From NCBI GenBank assembly GCA_964390695.1, contig CAYMKI010000002.1, positions 6,716 to 70,715 of the forward strand: a stretch of DNA of 64,000 nt. Reading direction: 5' to 3'. The position numbers and the translations under genes were made by a program. The notes beneath the pieces were generated by a model. The model had not been told where the DNA came from. It saw only the letters and a list, made by a program, of their open reading frames with translations, and did not search any database. Shown here piece after piece: positions 29,453 through 37,988 of the stretch; positions within the stretch are counted from its first letter, which is position 1; each line of letters opens with the position of its first letter. The stretch is from an uncultured bacterium (GTDB lineage Bacteria; Chlamydiota; Chlamydiia; Chlamydiales; Parachlamydiaceae).

Positions 29453-31858
29453 CTATTTTGAGGTTGCTGCTGGTCTTGCTTTAGCTGCAGCAATTTGGAA
29501 CTGGCCCATCTTCTCAACTTTCATAAGCTCAGTCATTCGGTTTTGTTCTTCAACAGATAAGGCAATATCCTTTTCTAGCTTGTACTTGACCTGCAATAAG
29601 AAGGCATCATCGCTTGCTTTCTGTTTTTGAAGATACATTTTGCCTTGTAATTCCTGATCTAAAAGTGAACTCTTGGTTTGCATTTCAAGTTGCAAGGTTT
29701 GTTGCTGGGCCTGCGCAGCCGCATTAGCAGAATTGATATTTTTGCTTTCCTCGGCCTTGTACTGGGCTTGCATCTGCTGATTTTTGAGGTCGTTCTTTTG
29801 CTTCCGGTACATCTTCAGCAAGCGGATGGCTCGGTAGATGTTTGGCTCGGTTTGAATTTCGAATGCCTCTTCTTCGTATAAAGTGCCGGCCAAAATACCT
29901 GACTTGCAGTATTCATTGATCCAAGCCTTAATTTCTTGTGTAGGCTGTTTCATAGAGTAGCAACCTAGTTCATGCCCTGAGACATCTGACAACAACTTCA
30001 ATACTGCCATGGCTTGCAGCCCTAGAGCCTCGGTGTATTGCGGTGCCAAGCCGGTTGCCGCCATCCCGGATATTGTCATTATCGTTCTTTGATGAGTCCC
30101 GAGGTTAATGGAATCAAATGCAAAGTGCAATCCTCGTAGCGCATCGTCAGTAGCGCCTGATGCCATGGTGGCCACTGCTTTGCCCATTTCTGAGTTCGGA
30201 GTGCTGGCATCCGTCAATTCGTTCAATCCAATCTGATCACGAAGCAAGTTTATATCTTGGATCATGTACTGGAAGTGCTTCTCCATGGCGTTTGAGATAC
30301 CACCTGACATCTCTTGTATTGGCTTGAAGTTGGATAAATTGCCAGAAGCGTCCCTTCTTCTCCAAAGAAGCACGCCAGTTTCAAAATATATTTGAAGAGC
30401 CTCTTTAGGGGTAATAGTTTTTCCGCTTTTCCCCTCAATTGAGATATCTTGAAGTGCTGTGAATTCTATCGCTGGGCCGGCAGGAACAGATTTAGCCGCA
30501 TGGTGTTGGAATTGCAGCCATTGGATCTGAATATTATCCAGTGTCGGGATAATGGTTTCGATTATACACTTCTTTGTTTTGTAGATAGTGTATGGGGAAA
30601 CTGTTTTCCCTAGGTTAGACTCATTCTTGAGCATGTCCTTGCTTTTGCCGTATTTGAAGACGTACTTGGTGCCCTTAACCCATAAGCATTGATACTGATT
30701 GTCTATTGAGTACCTAATAACTTTGGATTCATTCGACTCATTGAATTTTTGCTCGGTGACTCCTTTTTGCTCTAACTTTTTCCACCAAGAATATTCTTTA
30801 CGATTCACAAATACATCTCCAAACTTGTTCTTTCCTTGGAGGTATGTTTCTACATCTGGAGAGAACCACACAAAGTCACCAACGGTAATTTTTGTGTTAT
30901 CCCATGGATAGCACATATTTTCTTTGTAGTAATCTTCAACTCCAAAATTATCAAATGAACGACCTTGCGCCTGCTCCGCTAATTTCTTCCACTCTTCTTC
31001 ATTGCTCAGTTCATCTCCTACAATTTCTTTTAATTGGCCAATGGTCAAATCCCAATACTCGCCAATATACTTTGCATCGTCAATCAAACTTTTGTTTGAA
31101 GTCGAGCATACCATTCTTTCAGGCACACATCTACGTCTTAATACTTTGTCGCGGACGCGATATGTTTTTGTAACACCTACTCCGACCTCTACCAAATCTC
31201 TTGCTACTTCTGCTAGGATGTCTGTGTAGTTGTCCTGCTCGTTCATGACTTTGATCAAGTCCTGCATGATCATGCAGTAGTCCTCTTTGTAAAACATCTG
31301 CATAAAGATGTTCAACTCGGCCATGTTCTGAGGAAGAGGCATCACATCATCCTCAACCGGAGATTCAAAAGGTATGCCAGTAGCTTTAGAAACATTATCC
31401 AAAAAGTCTTTGTTGATAATGTACTCCTGCAACTCCATTCTTTTCTTGCGCTTCTCATCCTGGGCTCGCTTGTCCACGGAGTAAACGCCAATGTCATTGT
31501 TTTGCTTTAACAACTTTCCGATAAGAACGTTGACGTATTTTGATGCGATGTCTAATATCTCCCAGTTGAGAGCACGATAACTTGTCGCTGTCGGGTCCTT
31601 CTTGCTCTTTTCGTTGATTCCGAGTTTGGGTTTGTACTTGTCGATGCGTTGATTGCCCCGAGCATAAGAGCGCCACAAGTCATATTTATTGATCGAATTC
31701 GCACCTATGGACATACCTTGAAAAAGGCCATTGCTTTCTCCGCTTATGCCAACAGCATCTATCGCTTCGGCCCATTTAAGAGCATATTCTTTAGATTGTT
31801 TCTGCTCTGGGCTTACAAAGTCCGAAGGAAAGTTGGGGTTTTTCTTGTCAAATTCCAT
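29453..31858 (-). CDS. portal protein (size/position call)
   Basis: 801 aa, immediately downstream of the large terminase. Gln-rich coiled C-terminus. Confidence 0.65.
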   Translation of the reverse strand: MEFDKKNPNFPSDFVSPEQKQSKEYALKWAEAIDAVGISGESNGLFQGMSIGANSINKYDLWRSYARGNQRIDKYKPKLGINEKSKKDPTATSYRALNWEILDIASKYVNVLIGKLLKQNNDIGVYSVDKRAQDEKRKKRMELQEYIINKDFLDNVSKATGIPFESPVEDDVMPLPQNMAELNIFMQMFYKEDYCMIMQDLIKVMNEQDNYTDILAEVARDLVEVGVGVTKTYRVRDKVLRRRCVPERMVCSTSNKSLIDDAKYIGEYWDLTIGQLKEIVGDELSNEEEWKKLAEQAQGRSFDNFGVEDYYKENMCYPWDNTKITVGDFVWFSPDVETYLQGKNKFGDVFVNRKEYSWWKKLEQKGVTEQKFNESNESKVIRYSIDNQYQCLWVKGTKYVFKYGKSKDMLKNESNLGKTVSPYTIYKTKKCIIETIIPTLDNIQIQWLQFQHHAAKSVPAGPAIEFTALQDISIEGKSGKTITPKEALQIYFETGVLLWRRRDASGNLSNFKPIQEMSGGISNAMEKHFQYMIQDINLLRDQIGLNELTDASTPNSEMGKAVATMASGATDDALRGLHFAFDSINLGTHQRTIMTISGMAATGLAPQYTEALGLQAMAVLKLLSDVSGHELGCYSMKQPTQEIKAWINEYCKSGILAGTLYEEEAFEIQTEPNIYRAIRLLKMYRKQKNDLKNQQMQAQYKAEESKNINSANAAAQAQQQTLQLEMQTKSSLLDQELQGKMYLQKQKASDDAFLLQVKYKLEKDIALSVEEQNRMTELMKVEKMGQFQIAAAKARPAATSK

Positions 31859-31872
31859 GGATTCGTGATTTG

Positions 31873-34089
31873 TTATTCTGTAAAGTTACCATTTGGGCCA
31901 TTATTGTCAAATGTATCAAACCAGTCCGAGATATTGCCGCTTGGCTTTTCATCTATTTCTGATACTTTTTCAGCGTGAACCAATGTGAATCCTGATGATA
32001 CCGTTGCATCCGATTTTGTGGGGTTAGAACTATCAAAATTCAACCAGTCTTCAATCGTATTATCGAATGGCATCCGGTGAATGTGGTTGTTTATAAAAGC
32101 TATCAACCTTCGCGTGTAGTAGTCAATCACCTCTGACGTGGAGGCATAACCAGCATCATCCGAGTTGACTTGCAGGTCTACCTCTGACTGAACAAAGTCC
32201 TTTGGATACGCTAAGAACTTCTCCAGTCCATTTGTTTCGAAATAGGTATTTAGCGAGGGTACGTTTCGCTCGGGTAGAAGTTTGCAGCCCAAAAAGATAC
32301 ACGCCATAGCCGTGTCTTCAAAAGTAGTTTCAGGATCTTCCGGTCGGTTTATGTACTCAAAAATAAAGTTGTGCGATGTCCAGTCCTTTTTTTCTTTTCC
32401 GTAATCGGCTATGCCGTCATACAACCTGAATCCGTGAATTGCAGCCTTAGAAGCTCTAGGATCCTTTGTCTTTGAGTATTTGATAGGGTCACTGCCTATT
32501 CGGAATAGGTGATCATTCTTTGGATACTTCAGTTTCCGGGAGAACCCCTTAGAATCATAACCCCACTCTTCTCCAAAGTTGTTCAATATCTTTGCTTGAT
32601 CGGGGTTTTTAATCATGCTGTACTCATCTGGAAACCATGCCCAGTTAAACCTGCCTGCATGATCATCGCGCTCCCACCATACCGGACCAAATTTGTCTTT
32701 AACCCAGTATAGGTTTCCGCGAACGTATGGAGGTTTGGCCATTCTATTTCGAATGTGCTCAAGCCTGTCCGACAAAAGCATGACGTTAAAAATAGACTTG
32801 CTTTGATCTTTAATGAAAGCCTCTGTTTCATTTCGAGGGCTTTTGCGCATACGACTGCCCAACTTCTTTAGGTCAGATTTTAAAGCGTCAAAGTCATTTT
32901 GAATTTTAATGTTTGCTATCTCTCTATTTACATTCCCAAACTTATTGCATGGAGGACCGTAATTCTTTCCGGTAACATCAATGTATGGCTCAAGGGATGT
33001 GTCAGTGTCTAATGATGAAATCAGATGTCTATGAATTTTTGATGTTGTAAATCCGTTGCCATCCAACTGCTTCATGTCGCTATCCTTCCATAATTTGTGG
33101 CATTCGTCTCCACCTTCGTTCATCTCTTCAACCGTAGTTGTTTTTCTTAGGACTCCGATTTTGCGATGGTTACGAAAAACGGTTTTAAGATTAGTTTCAT
33201 GCCGAACATAAACGTCAGCTACTATCTTTGGATTACACTTGCCCACCTCATCTTCTAACACGTCCCCCAGCGTCTCCTTATCCAATACTTTTTCACCTGG
33301 AGCCACGGCAAAGATTGTGCTTATGAGTTCTAGGTCTGGACCAAATTCTAAGTTGGTGCTCTCTTTCCCTCGAATTGATCTACGCCTGAATACAAGTTCT
33401 GACTGAGTATTCGTTCCGTGGGCATACTCTGGTTTGAAAAATTTAGGAAGAGCGTTAAATAATGGGACTGTTTTTGCCTGAATTAATACTCCTTTTGCAC
33501 CTACTTCAAAATCATTGCTTTGAAGTGCTGCTCGGTGATTATGAAACATTGTTGCCCTATTTGTTATGCAGGCCAACTCTTCCGAGGTTTTGCCTGTTCC
33601 CCGGCTCGCAATGAACAAGTAACCCATGCTCTTAGGATTCTGTTCGCACCACTTCCTTATATAAAAATTGTCTCTTGAAAATCTGTAATAAAATGGATAG
33701 CCATCATTTTCTTTGTGATCAAACTTGCAATAAGTCAAATACCAATAATGATGTTCGGTTAAATACGTCAACTCGCCATCTATCATTATGTGTACTCCAA
33801 ACATTCTACGCTTCCACTCTCTCCTTCGGTAGCGCTCGCACATAGGATCGACAAACATGGTTTTCTTTTTGCCCCGTAAAATCAATTCCTGATCTTGACC
33901 TTGCTTGTATTCTTCTTCAAGTGATCTTTCGAGATACCATTTCGGAATGGGCTCGCGCTTCCAGTATTGTTCTTCTCGGTGAAGTCCGTAGTTGATTATC
34001 TCTGACTTGTCGGCTGGCGGTGGAGGAATGTGGCATTTAAAACCTTCGCCTACAATTATTGATGTGCCACCTTTATACGGATAATACAT
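31873..34089 (-). CDS. terL: terminase large subunit
   Basis: 738 aa; Walker A-like FIASRGTGKTSEE; position upstream of the portal. Confidence 0.8.
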   Translation of the reverse strand: MYYPYKGGTSIIVGEGFKCHIPPPPADKSEIINYGLHREEQYWKREPIPKWYLERSLEEEYKQGQDQELILRGKKKTMFVDPMCERYRRREWKRRMFGVHIMIDGELTYLTEHHYWYLTYCKFDHKENDGYPFYYRFSRDNFYIRKWCEQNPKSMGYLFIASRGTGKTSEELACITNRATMFHNHRAALQSNDFEVGAKGVLIQAKTVPLFNALPKFFKPEYAHGTNTQSELVFRRRSIRGKESTNLEFGPDLELISTIFAVAPGEKVLDKETLGDVLEDEVGKCNPKIVADVYVRHETNLKTVFRNHRKIGVLRKTTTVEEMNEGGDECHKLWKDSDMKQLDGNGFTTSKIHRHLISSLDTDTSLEPYIDVTGKNYGPPCNKFGNVNREIANIKIQNDFDALKSDLKKLGSRMRKSPRNETEAFIKDQSKSIFNVMLLSDRLEHIRNRMAKPPYVRGNLYWVKDKFGPVWWERDDHAGRFNWAWFPDEYSMIKNPDQAKILNNFGEEWGYDSKGFSRKLKYPKNDHLFRIGSDPIKYSKTKDPRASKAAIHGFRLYDGIADYGKEKKDWTSHNFIFEYINRPEDPETTFEDTAMACIFLGCKLLPERNVPSLNTYFETNGLEKFLAYPKDFVQSEVDLQVNSDDAGYASTSEVIDYYTRRLIAFINNHIHRMPFDNTIEDWLNFDSSNPTKSDATVSSGFTLVHAEKVSEIDEKPSGNISDWFDTFDNNGPNGNFTE

Positions 34090-34741
34090 CTTTTATTTCC
34101 TCGTAAGGTTTCTCGGTAAGTATCCTTTCGGCTGTCTCGGGTCTGATTGCCTCTGAGAATTCAGCCTCTTGTAAATCTTTGTTGTCTCCAAAAAACTGCT
34201 CGTACAATCTTTCCAACTCTCGCATACGAAGATTGCAGGACTCCATTAACTTGTCCTTCTTAACGGTAGAGTCAATTACGTCCTTATCGTCCAAAGCTCC
34301 TTCGCCTTTTCCCTTGCCTACCGGATTAAATCGGAGCACGCGATAGTCAAACAATTCCTGTTCGCAGATGATGATCTCAGTCCACACATGGCTTTTCTGA
34401 ATCTTCAAGAATCGCATGATGGCTGCGGTTACGTCTTCATCTTTGATGTCCATGACATCTTGGATCTTGACTCCCCACTTGCCGTCCTTTCTTTCAAAGC
34501 CAGCATCTTTAGCGGCCTCGCTTTTACGTTCGGCTAAGTCGTGCTGAAATTCTTGAACTAGCTGAGTGTTCTTATCATAAACGAATACAATGTATTTTAT
34601 TAACTTATCAAAGTCAGCGCGAGATTTTAACTTGGTAAACTCTTTATGACTAAATATCTCTGGAAATGTGTTTTTGTCAATTACGTCAGCCTTATGGACT
34701 TTCCACTTGACCAATGAGTATCTATCATATCTTGATTCCAT
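34073..34741 (-). CDS. terminase small subunit candidate (position only)
   Basis: Start provisionally MESRYDRYS (34741). Overlaps the terL start by 17 nt. Confidence 0.4.
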   Translation of the reverse strand: MESRYDRYSLVKWKVHKADVIDKNTFPEIFSHKEFTKLKSRADFDKLIKYIVFVYDKNTQLVQEFQHDLAERKSEAAKDAGFERKDGKWGVKIQDVMDIKDEDVTAAIMRFLKIQKSHVWTEIIICEQELFDYRVLRFNPVGKGKGEGALDDKDVIDSTVKKDKLMESCNLRMRELERLYEQFFGDNKDLQEAEFSEAIRPETAERILTEKPYEEIKDVLSV

Positions 34742-35243
34742 TTGACACGTAGATAAGATCATGTTTAAAATTACCTCTTGCAATAGTGGCCCTTACGGTT
34801 CCGGGATTTATATCCCTTGCTTTTGCCGCATCTTTCATGTTTTGATAATAGATTCCAGTTCTTAAATCTAATACCCATTTTGATTTACTAAGATACTCCT
34901 TTCCTTTTGTTGAGAACTCTATCATCCTTCCTGATTTTTTAGCATGAAGCATGTTTTCAAAATGTGTGCACCATTCAAGATTTTCAATACTGTAATCAAG
35001 CCGATTGCTATTTATGTGATTAATCTCTGGCTTGTTTTCTGGATTTGGAATCCATGCCTTTGCAACAAGTCTATGCATAGTAACTAATTTTTTGTATTGG
35101 TTAACACACAGAGTTACTACCATGTATCCTTGACTATTCGGATATGGTTTTAAAAACTCACCAGTTTTAAGATTTTTTACCTTTAAATCTTTGGTTATTG
35201 AGTAATAACTTTCCCAGCCAAGTATTGGTTTTTCGTCAATCAT
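34725..35243 (-). CDS. HNH homing endonuclease (NUMOD4 + HNH)
   Basis: ILGWESYYSITKDLKVKN; HRLVAKAWIPNPENKPEINHINSNRLDYSIENLEWCT. Confidence 0.8.
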   Translation of the reverse strand: MIDEKPILGWESYYSITKDLKVKNLKTGEFLKPYPNSQGYMVVTLCVNQYKKLVTMHRLVAKAWIPNPENKPEINHINSNRLDYSIENLEWCTHFENMLHAKKSGRMIEFSTKGKEYLSKSKWVLDLRTGIYYQNMKDAAKARDINPGTVRATIARGNFKHDLIYVSNGIKI

Positions 35244-35506
35244 TTCTTGTAGTCGTAAAGGTCAATGCTTCCGTGCCGGATAACTCGCAACTCTTGGCCG
35301 TCCTCTTCAAAGTCATAGCCTGCCTCTGAGGGGATAACCACTATCATGCCCGGCTCAATCTTCACTTTCTGTTCGCTCGGGCCAACGGCAACAACTTCCC
35401 ACATCTTGATTTTTTGACCTTCGACTGGGATAATAAGGCCCGATTTTGTTTTTGTCTCGGGTGGGATGGGCTTAAGAATCACCCTATCTTCTGTTGGGAA
35501 TAGCAT
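35240..35506 (-). CDS. GroES/Cpn10-like co-chaperonin
   Basis: 88 aa; DRVILKP...KSGLIIP...WEVVAVGP...PGMIVVI pattern. Confidence 0.65.
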   Translation of the reverse strand: MLFPTEDRVILKPIPPETKTKSGLIIPVEGQKIKMWEVVAVGPSEQKVKIEPGMIVVIPSEAGYDFEEDGQELRVIRHGSIDLYDYKK

Positions 35507-35534
35507 AATTAAAGGGGGTTAGAATGTCGAAAAA

Positions 35535-35801
35535 TTACTCTGCTGGCGCTACCGGAGCCTCAACAACTGGTGCTGCCTCTGCGTTTTCGGCAATTGTGGC
35601 AACTGGTGTTGTTTCTGCTGCTGGCGGTAATGGATTTTCATTAGTTGTGCTTGAGCCTTGTTCTCCTTCTGGTGCCGGAATGATTTCAGCCGCTTCAAGC
35701 GCTTCTTGTTCTTTTTTCTCGCGCTCAAACTTCTCCTTCTGGAGTCTGATCTCAGTGAGCAATTTGTCGTTTTCGAGTTTGTCAATGTCAGACTGTTGCA
35801 T
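35535..35801 (-). CDS. acidic coiled/low-complexity hypothetical protein
   Basis: 88-aa ORF. The other frames listed over this stretch are low-complexity artefacts. Confidence 0.45.
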   Translation of the reverse strand: MQQSDIDKLENDKLLTEIRLQKEKFEREKKEQEALEAAEIIPAPEGEQGSSTTNENPLPPAAETTPVATIAENAEAAPVVEAPVAPAE

Positions 35802-35870
35802 AGTTGTAATGTTTACGGGTTTGTGAAATTAAAATCAAATTTGCGATATTTGACTCAAATAAACAATGCC

Positions 35871-36569
35871 ATGCCAAAGAAACCATCATTCGTAAAAAGC
35901 CTGTTCATGTCTCGCAAAGCAAAAGATCGGGCAGGTTTGGAGTCGATTAAAACCGGTGGCGAGTACACGATTAAGAGCCGGAACAAGGTTTCTAACCCCG
36001 TCAACCCTTCACAAACACTTCCCCGTGGAGCCAAAGTGAGCACTACAATGCAATCAACGGATGTGGTGAAGACTCAAAAAACTCCTGACACCTCCCGAGA
36101 GGTGACGATTGATGTTCCAAAAACTGAGTATAAGCCTGGCGATATGCAAACTGGTGGCGTGCGCGATCGCAAAACAACCATTCCTTTGGGGGCTTTGCTG
36201 AAGGAGAAACCTGCAAAAACTCAAATGCGCATTGATGCCCAGAAAGAAGGCAAGACTTCATACAACTACAAAGGAAAAGAAGAGTATTCAGGAAGAAACG
36301 AGACCACCTACACGCCAAAGAAAATCAGCGTTCCGGTGCCGGGCAAAGAAACCACCTCGAAAGAGACGGTTACGAAACCAGTGACAAAGGTTGATTATCC
36401 TACAACCAAAAAGACTGGCTCAAATAAAGGTGTCAGCATGGCTATTCGTAGAGTCTCCGGATCTGATTCAAGAGGCCGAGGACAAAACTACAAAAGACTC
36501 GATGTAAAGGTTGGCAAAAAGGTTATTCCTATCATTAAGGTAAAAACCAACACTCGCAGATCAAATTAG
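35871..36569 (+). CDS. highly basic Lys/Thr-rich, probably disordered protein; the only plus-strand gene in the leftward block
   Basis: Start refined to MPKKPSFVKS (35871). 232 aa, K/T/R-rich, no hydrophobic core evident. Confidence 0.5.
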   Translation: MPKKPSFVKSLFMSRKAKDRAGLESIKTGGEYTIKSRNKVSNPVNPSQTLPRGAKVSTTMQSTDVVKTQKTPDTSREVTIDVPKTEYKPGDMQTGGVRDRKTTIPLGALLKEKPAKTQMRIDAQKEGKTSYNYKGKEEYSGRNETTYTPKKISVPVPGKETTSKETVTKPVTKVDYPTTKKTGSNKGVSMAIRRVSGSDSRGRGQNYKRLDVKVGKKVIPIIKVKTNTRRSN

Positions 36570-36952
36570 TAGTACACTCTAACGCAGGTGTAGTACGTTG
36601 TCCCTACTTTAAAAATCCCTACGCATATTTTTTGCGCTCGGCTCATAAGTATCTTCTTGTGACCTTTTGAATGCATGAAAGCATCCAGCGCTAGCGGTAA
36701 TGTCCAGTTTTTTGATAGCGTCTCTCCGCAGTTTTTTTCCGTTAACTTATGGGTAAACCATATTGAGGCTACTTGAGCCGACTTATCTACTTTTGCCTGA
36801 CTGCTTTCTTGGTACTCCAATTTCTTTTTGAATCGCTTTGCCCTTTCGTGGTTGACCAAATCTGCAAAATACTTGCAGCTATCCATGCTGAGAGATTGAG
36901 AAGTGGCCTCAATACAGGTTATAAAAGTTAAAAATATTGTTAGTCTTAACAT
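36566..36952 (-). CDS. secreted CAP/SCP-like domain protein
   Basis: Signal-like MLRLTIFLTFITCIEATSQS; ADLVNHERAK ... FMHSKGHKKILMS ... ICVGIF ... YYTCV resembles the CAP (PR-1/SCP) pattern. Confidence 0.5.
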   Translation of the reverse strand: MLRLTIFLTFITCIEATSQSLSMDSCKYFADLVNHERAKRFKKKLEYQESSQAKVDKSAQVASIWFTHKLTEKNCGETLSKNWTLPLALDAFMHSKGHKKILMSRAQKICVGIFKVGTTYYTCVRVYY

Positions 36953-37962
36953 AAAATTTTACCCCAAAGTGTTATCCATGCTTTTTCTGCCGCCTGCTCC
37001 ACAACTCCGTTTCCTGCCATGCGAAGAAGGTCTTCTCGATAGTTGTACCCATGAGCTGTAAGACCCATGCCGGGTTCAACACGAGGTTCTTCCCACTCAT
37101 ATTGTGATTGCCCGGGTCGCGCTGGCCATCTTGTTTGTAAACTATTGTTGTCAATGATTCCTGAGTTCCCTTTTTCCCGTTGCTTCTGTCCTGAAATCCC
37201 AATCTCACTTCGTGGGCTACCGGGGTTGGCCAGTTCATTACTTGGCTGTTCAAATCTATCGTATATCCCTCCTTCAATTTCCTCTGATAATTTCCGCTTT
37301 CCTCCAAATCCGGATTCTTGAAATCCCGCGCTTGTGGAGTTGCCCAATTCAGTTCTTGCTTTACTTGCATTGATAGCGGAGTTCCACCTTGTTTGTATTT
37401 CGTATTCCTGTTTGAATCGTTCGCGGTGTGCGTTGTCCACAGCAAGGATGAATAGTCTTTTTCTCTGGTGCGGAGCGCCAACTTCTTCCGCACTGAATAT
37501 TCCTTCTTCAACCGTGTAACCAAGTTGTTCCAAATCTGATCTGATTTTTCGGTATCCGATAGAGATGAGACCGGGGACGTTTTCGAAGAAGCACCAAAGA
37601 GGTCTAATTGTACCGACAATTGAGTTTTCGCCTGTGACTGTGTACCCCCAAAGCCATCGCTCGTCTTGATCACCCTTTCGCGCTCCGGCAACTGAGGCAG
37701 GCTGGCAAGGTATTCCTCCAGTGATTCCGTGTATTTTATTGCGAAAAAGTCTTGAAGGGAACTTGATAAGGTCCGAGAAAATAGGTGCTTCACCCAGTAT
37801 ACCCTGTTCCATCTGCTGCACCAGGTTTTCGATGACGAAACCTTCCCTTTCCACGTAACATTTGACTGAAACATTGACGCCTGCTCGTTCAAGTCCTCGT
37901 TCAATTCCCCGCATCCCTGAGCAGAGAGAAATGACACTTTGAGATTGTTTGTTAAAATCCAC
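36946..37962 (-). CDS. DNA (cytosine-5)-methyltransferase
   Basis: Motif I SLCSGMRG, IV GGIPCQPAS, VI FFENVPGL, VIII QRKRLFILA, C-terminal WPARPGQSQYEWEEPRV...REDLLRMAGNGVV (motif X). Confidence 0.85.
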   Translation of the reverse strand: MDFNKQSQSVISLCSGMRGIERGLERAGVNVSVKCYVEREGFVIENLVQQMEQGILGEAPIFSDLIKFPSRLFRNKIHGITGGIPCQPASVAGARKGDQDERWLWGYTVTGENSIVGTIRPLWCFFENVPGLISIGYRKIRSDLEQLGYTVEEGIFSAEEVGAPHQRKRLFILAVDNAHRERFKQEYEIQTRWNSAINASKARTELGNSTSAGFQESGFGGKRKLSEEIEGGIYDRFEQPSNELANPGSPRSEIGISGQKQREKGNSGIIDNNSLQTRWPARPGQSQYEWEEPRVEPGMGLTAHGYNYREDLLRMAGNGVVEQAAEKAWITLWGKILC

Positions 37963-37964
37963 AT
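36972..37964 (-). CDS. alternative-frame (+1) 330-codon ORF fully overlapping the C5-MTase gene; coding status unresolved
   Basis: Stop-free across the whole MTase gene. Contains LLWTTHTANDS, NWATPQARDFKN, NWPTPVAHEVR and LNPAWVLQLMG. Confidence 0.35.
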   Translation of the reverse strand: MWILTNNLKVSFLSAQGCGELNEDLNEQASMFQSNVTWKGKVSSSKTWCSRWNRVYWVKHLFSRTLSSSLQDFFAIKYTESLEEYLASLPQLPERERVIKTSDGFGGTQSQAKTQLSVQLDLFGASSKTSPVSSLSDTEKSDQIWNNLVTRLKKEYSVRKKLALRTREKDYSSLLWTTHTANDSNRNTKYKQGGTPLSMQVKQELNWATPQARDFKNPDLEESGNYQRKLKEGYTIDLNSQVMNWPTPVAHEVRLGFQDRSNGKKGTQESLTTIVYKQDGQRDPGNHNMSGKNLVLNPAWVLQLMGTTIEKTFFAWQETELWSRRQKKHG

Positions 37965-37988
37965 TTTAGTTATTAAAAAATTAAGTTA

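Noticed and set aside
35524-35826. Plus-strand 100-aa ORF and a second reverse-strand frame (35549..35785) over the acidic gene
   Set aside because: This is a compositional artefact of a low-complexity region. The plus-strand ORF 35658..36569 was trimmed to its internal start at 35871, downstream of this stretch.
36043-36318. Reverse-strand ORFs 35855..36043 and 36043..36318 antisense to the basic-protein gene
   Set aside because: They are short, with Cys/Leu/Phe-rich junk-like translations. The plus-strand ORF is three times longer, although its orientation is unusual for this block.
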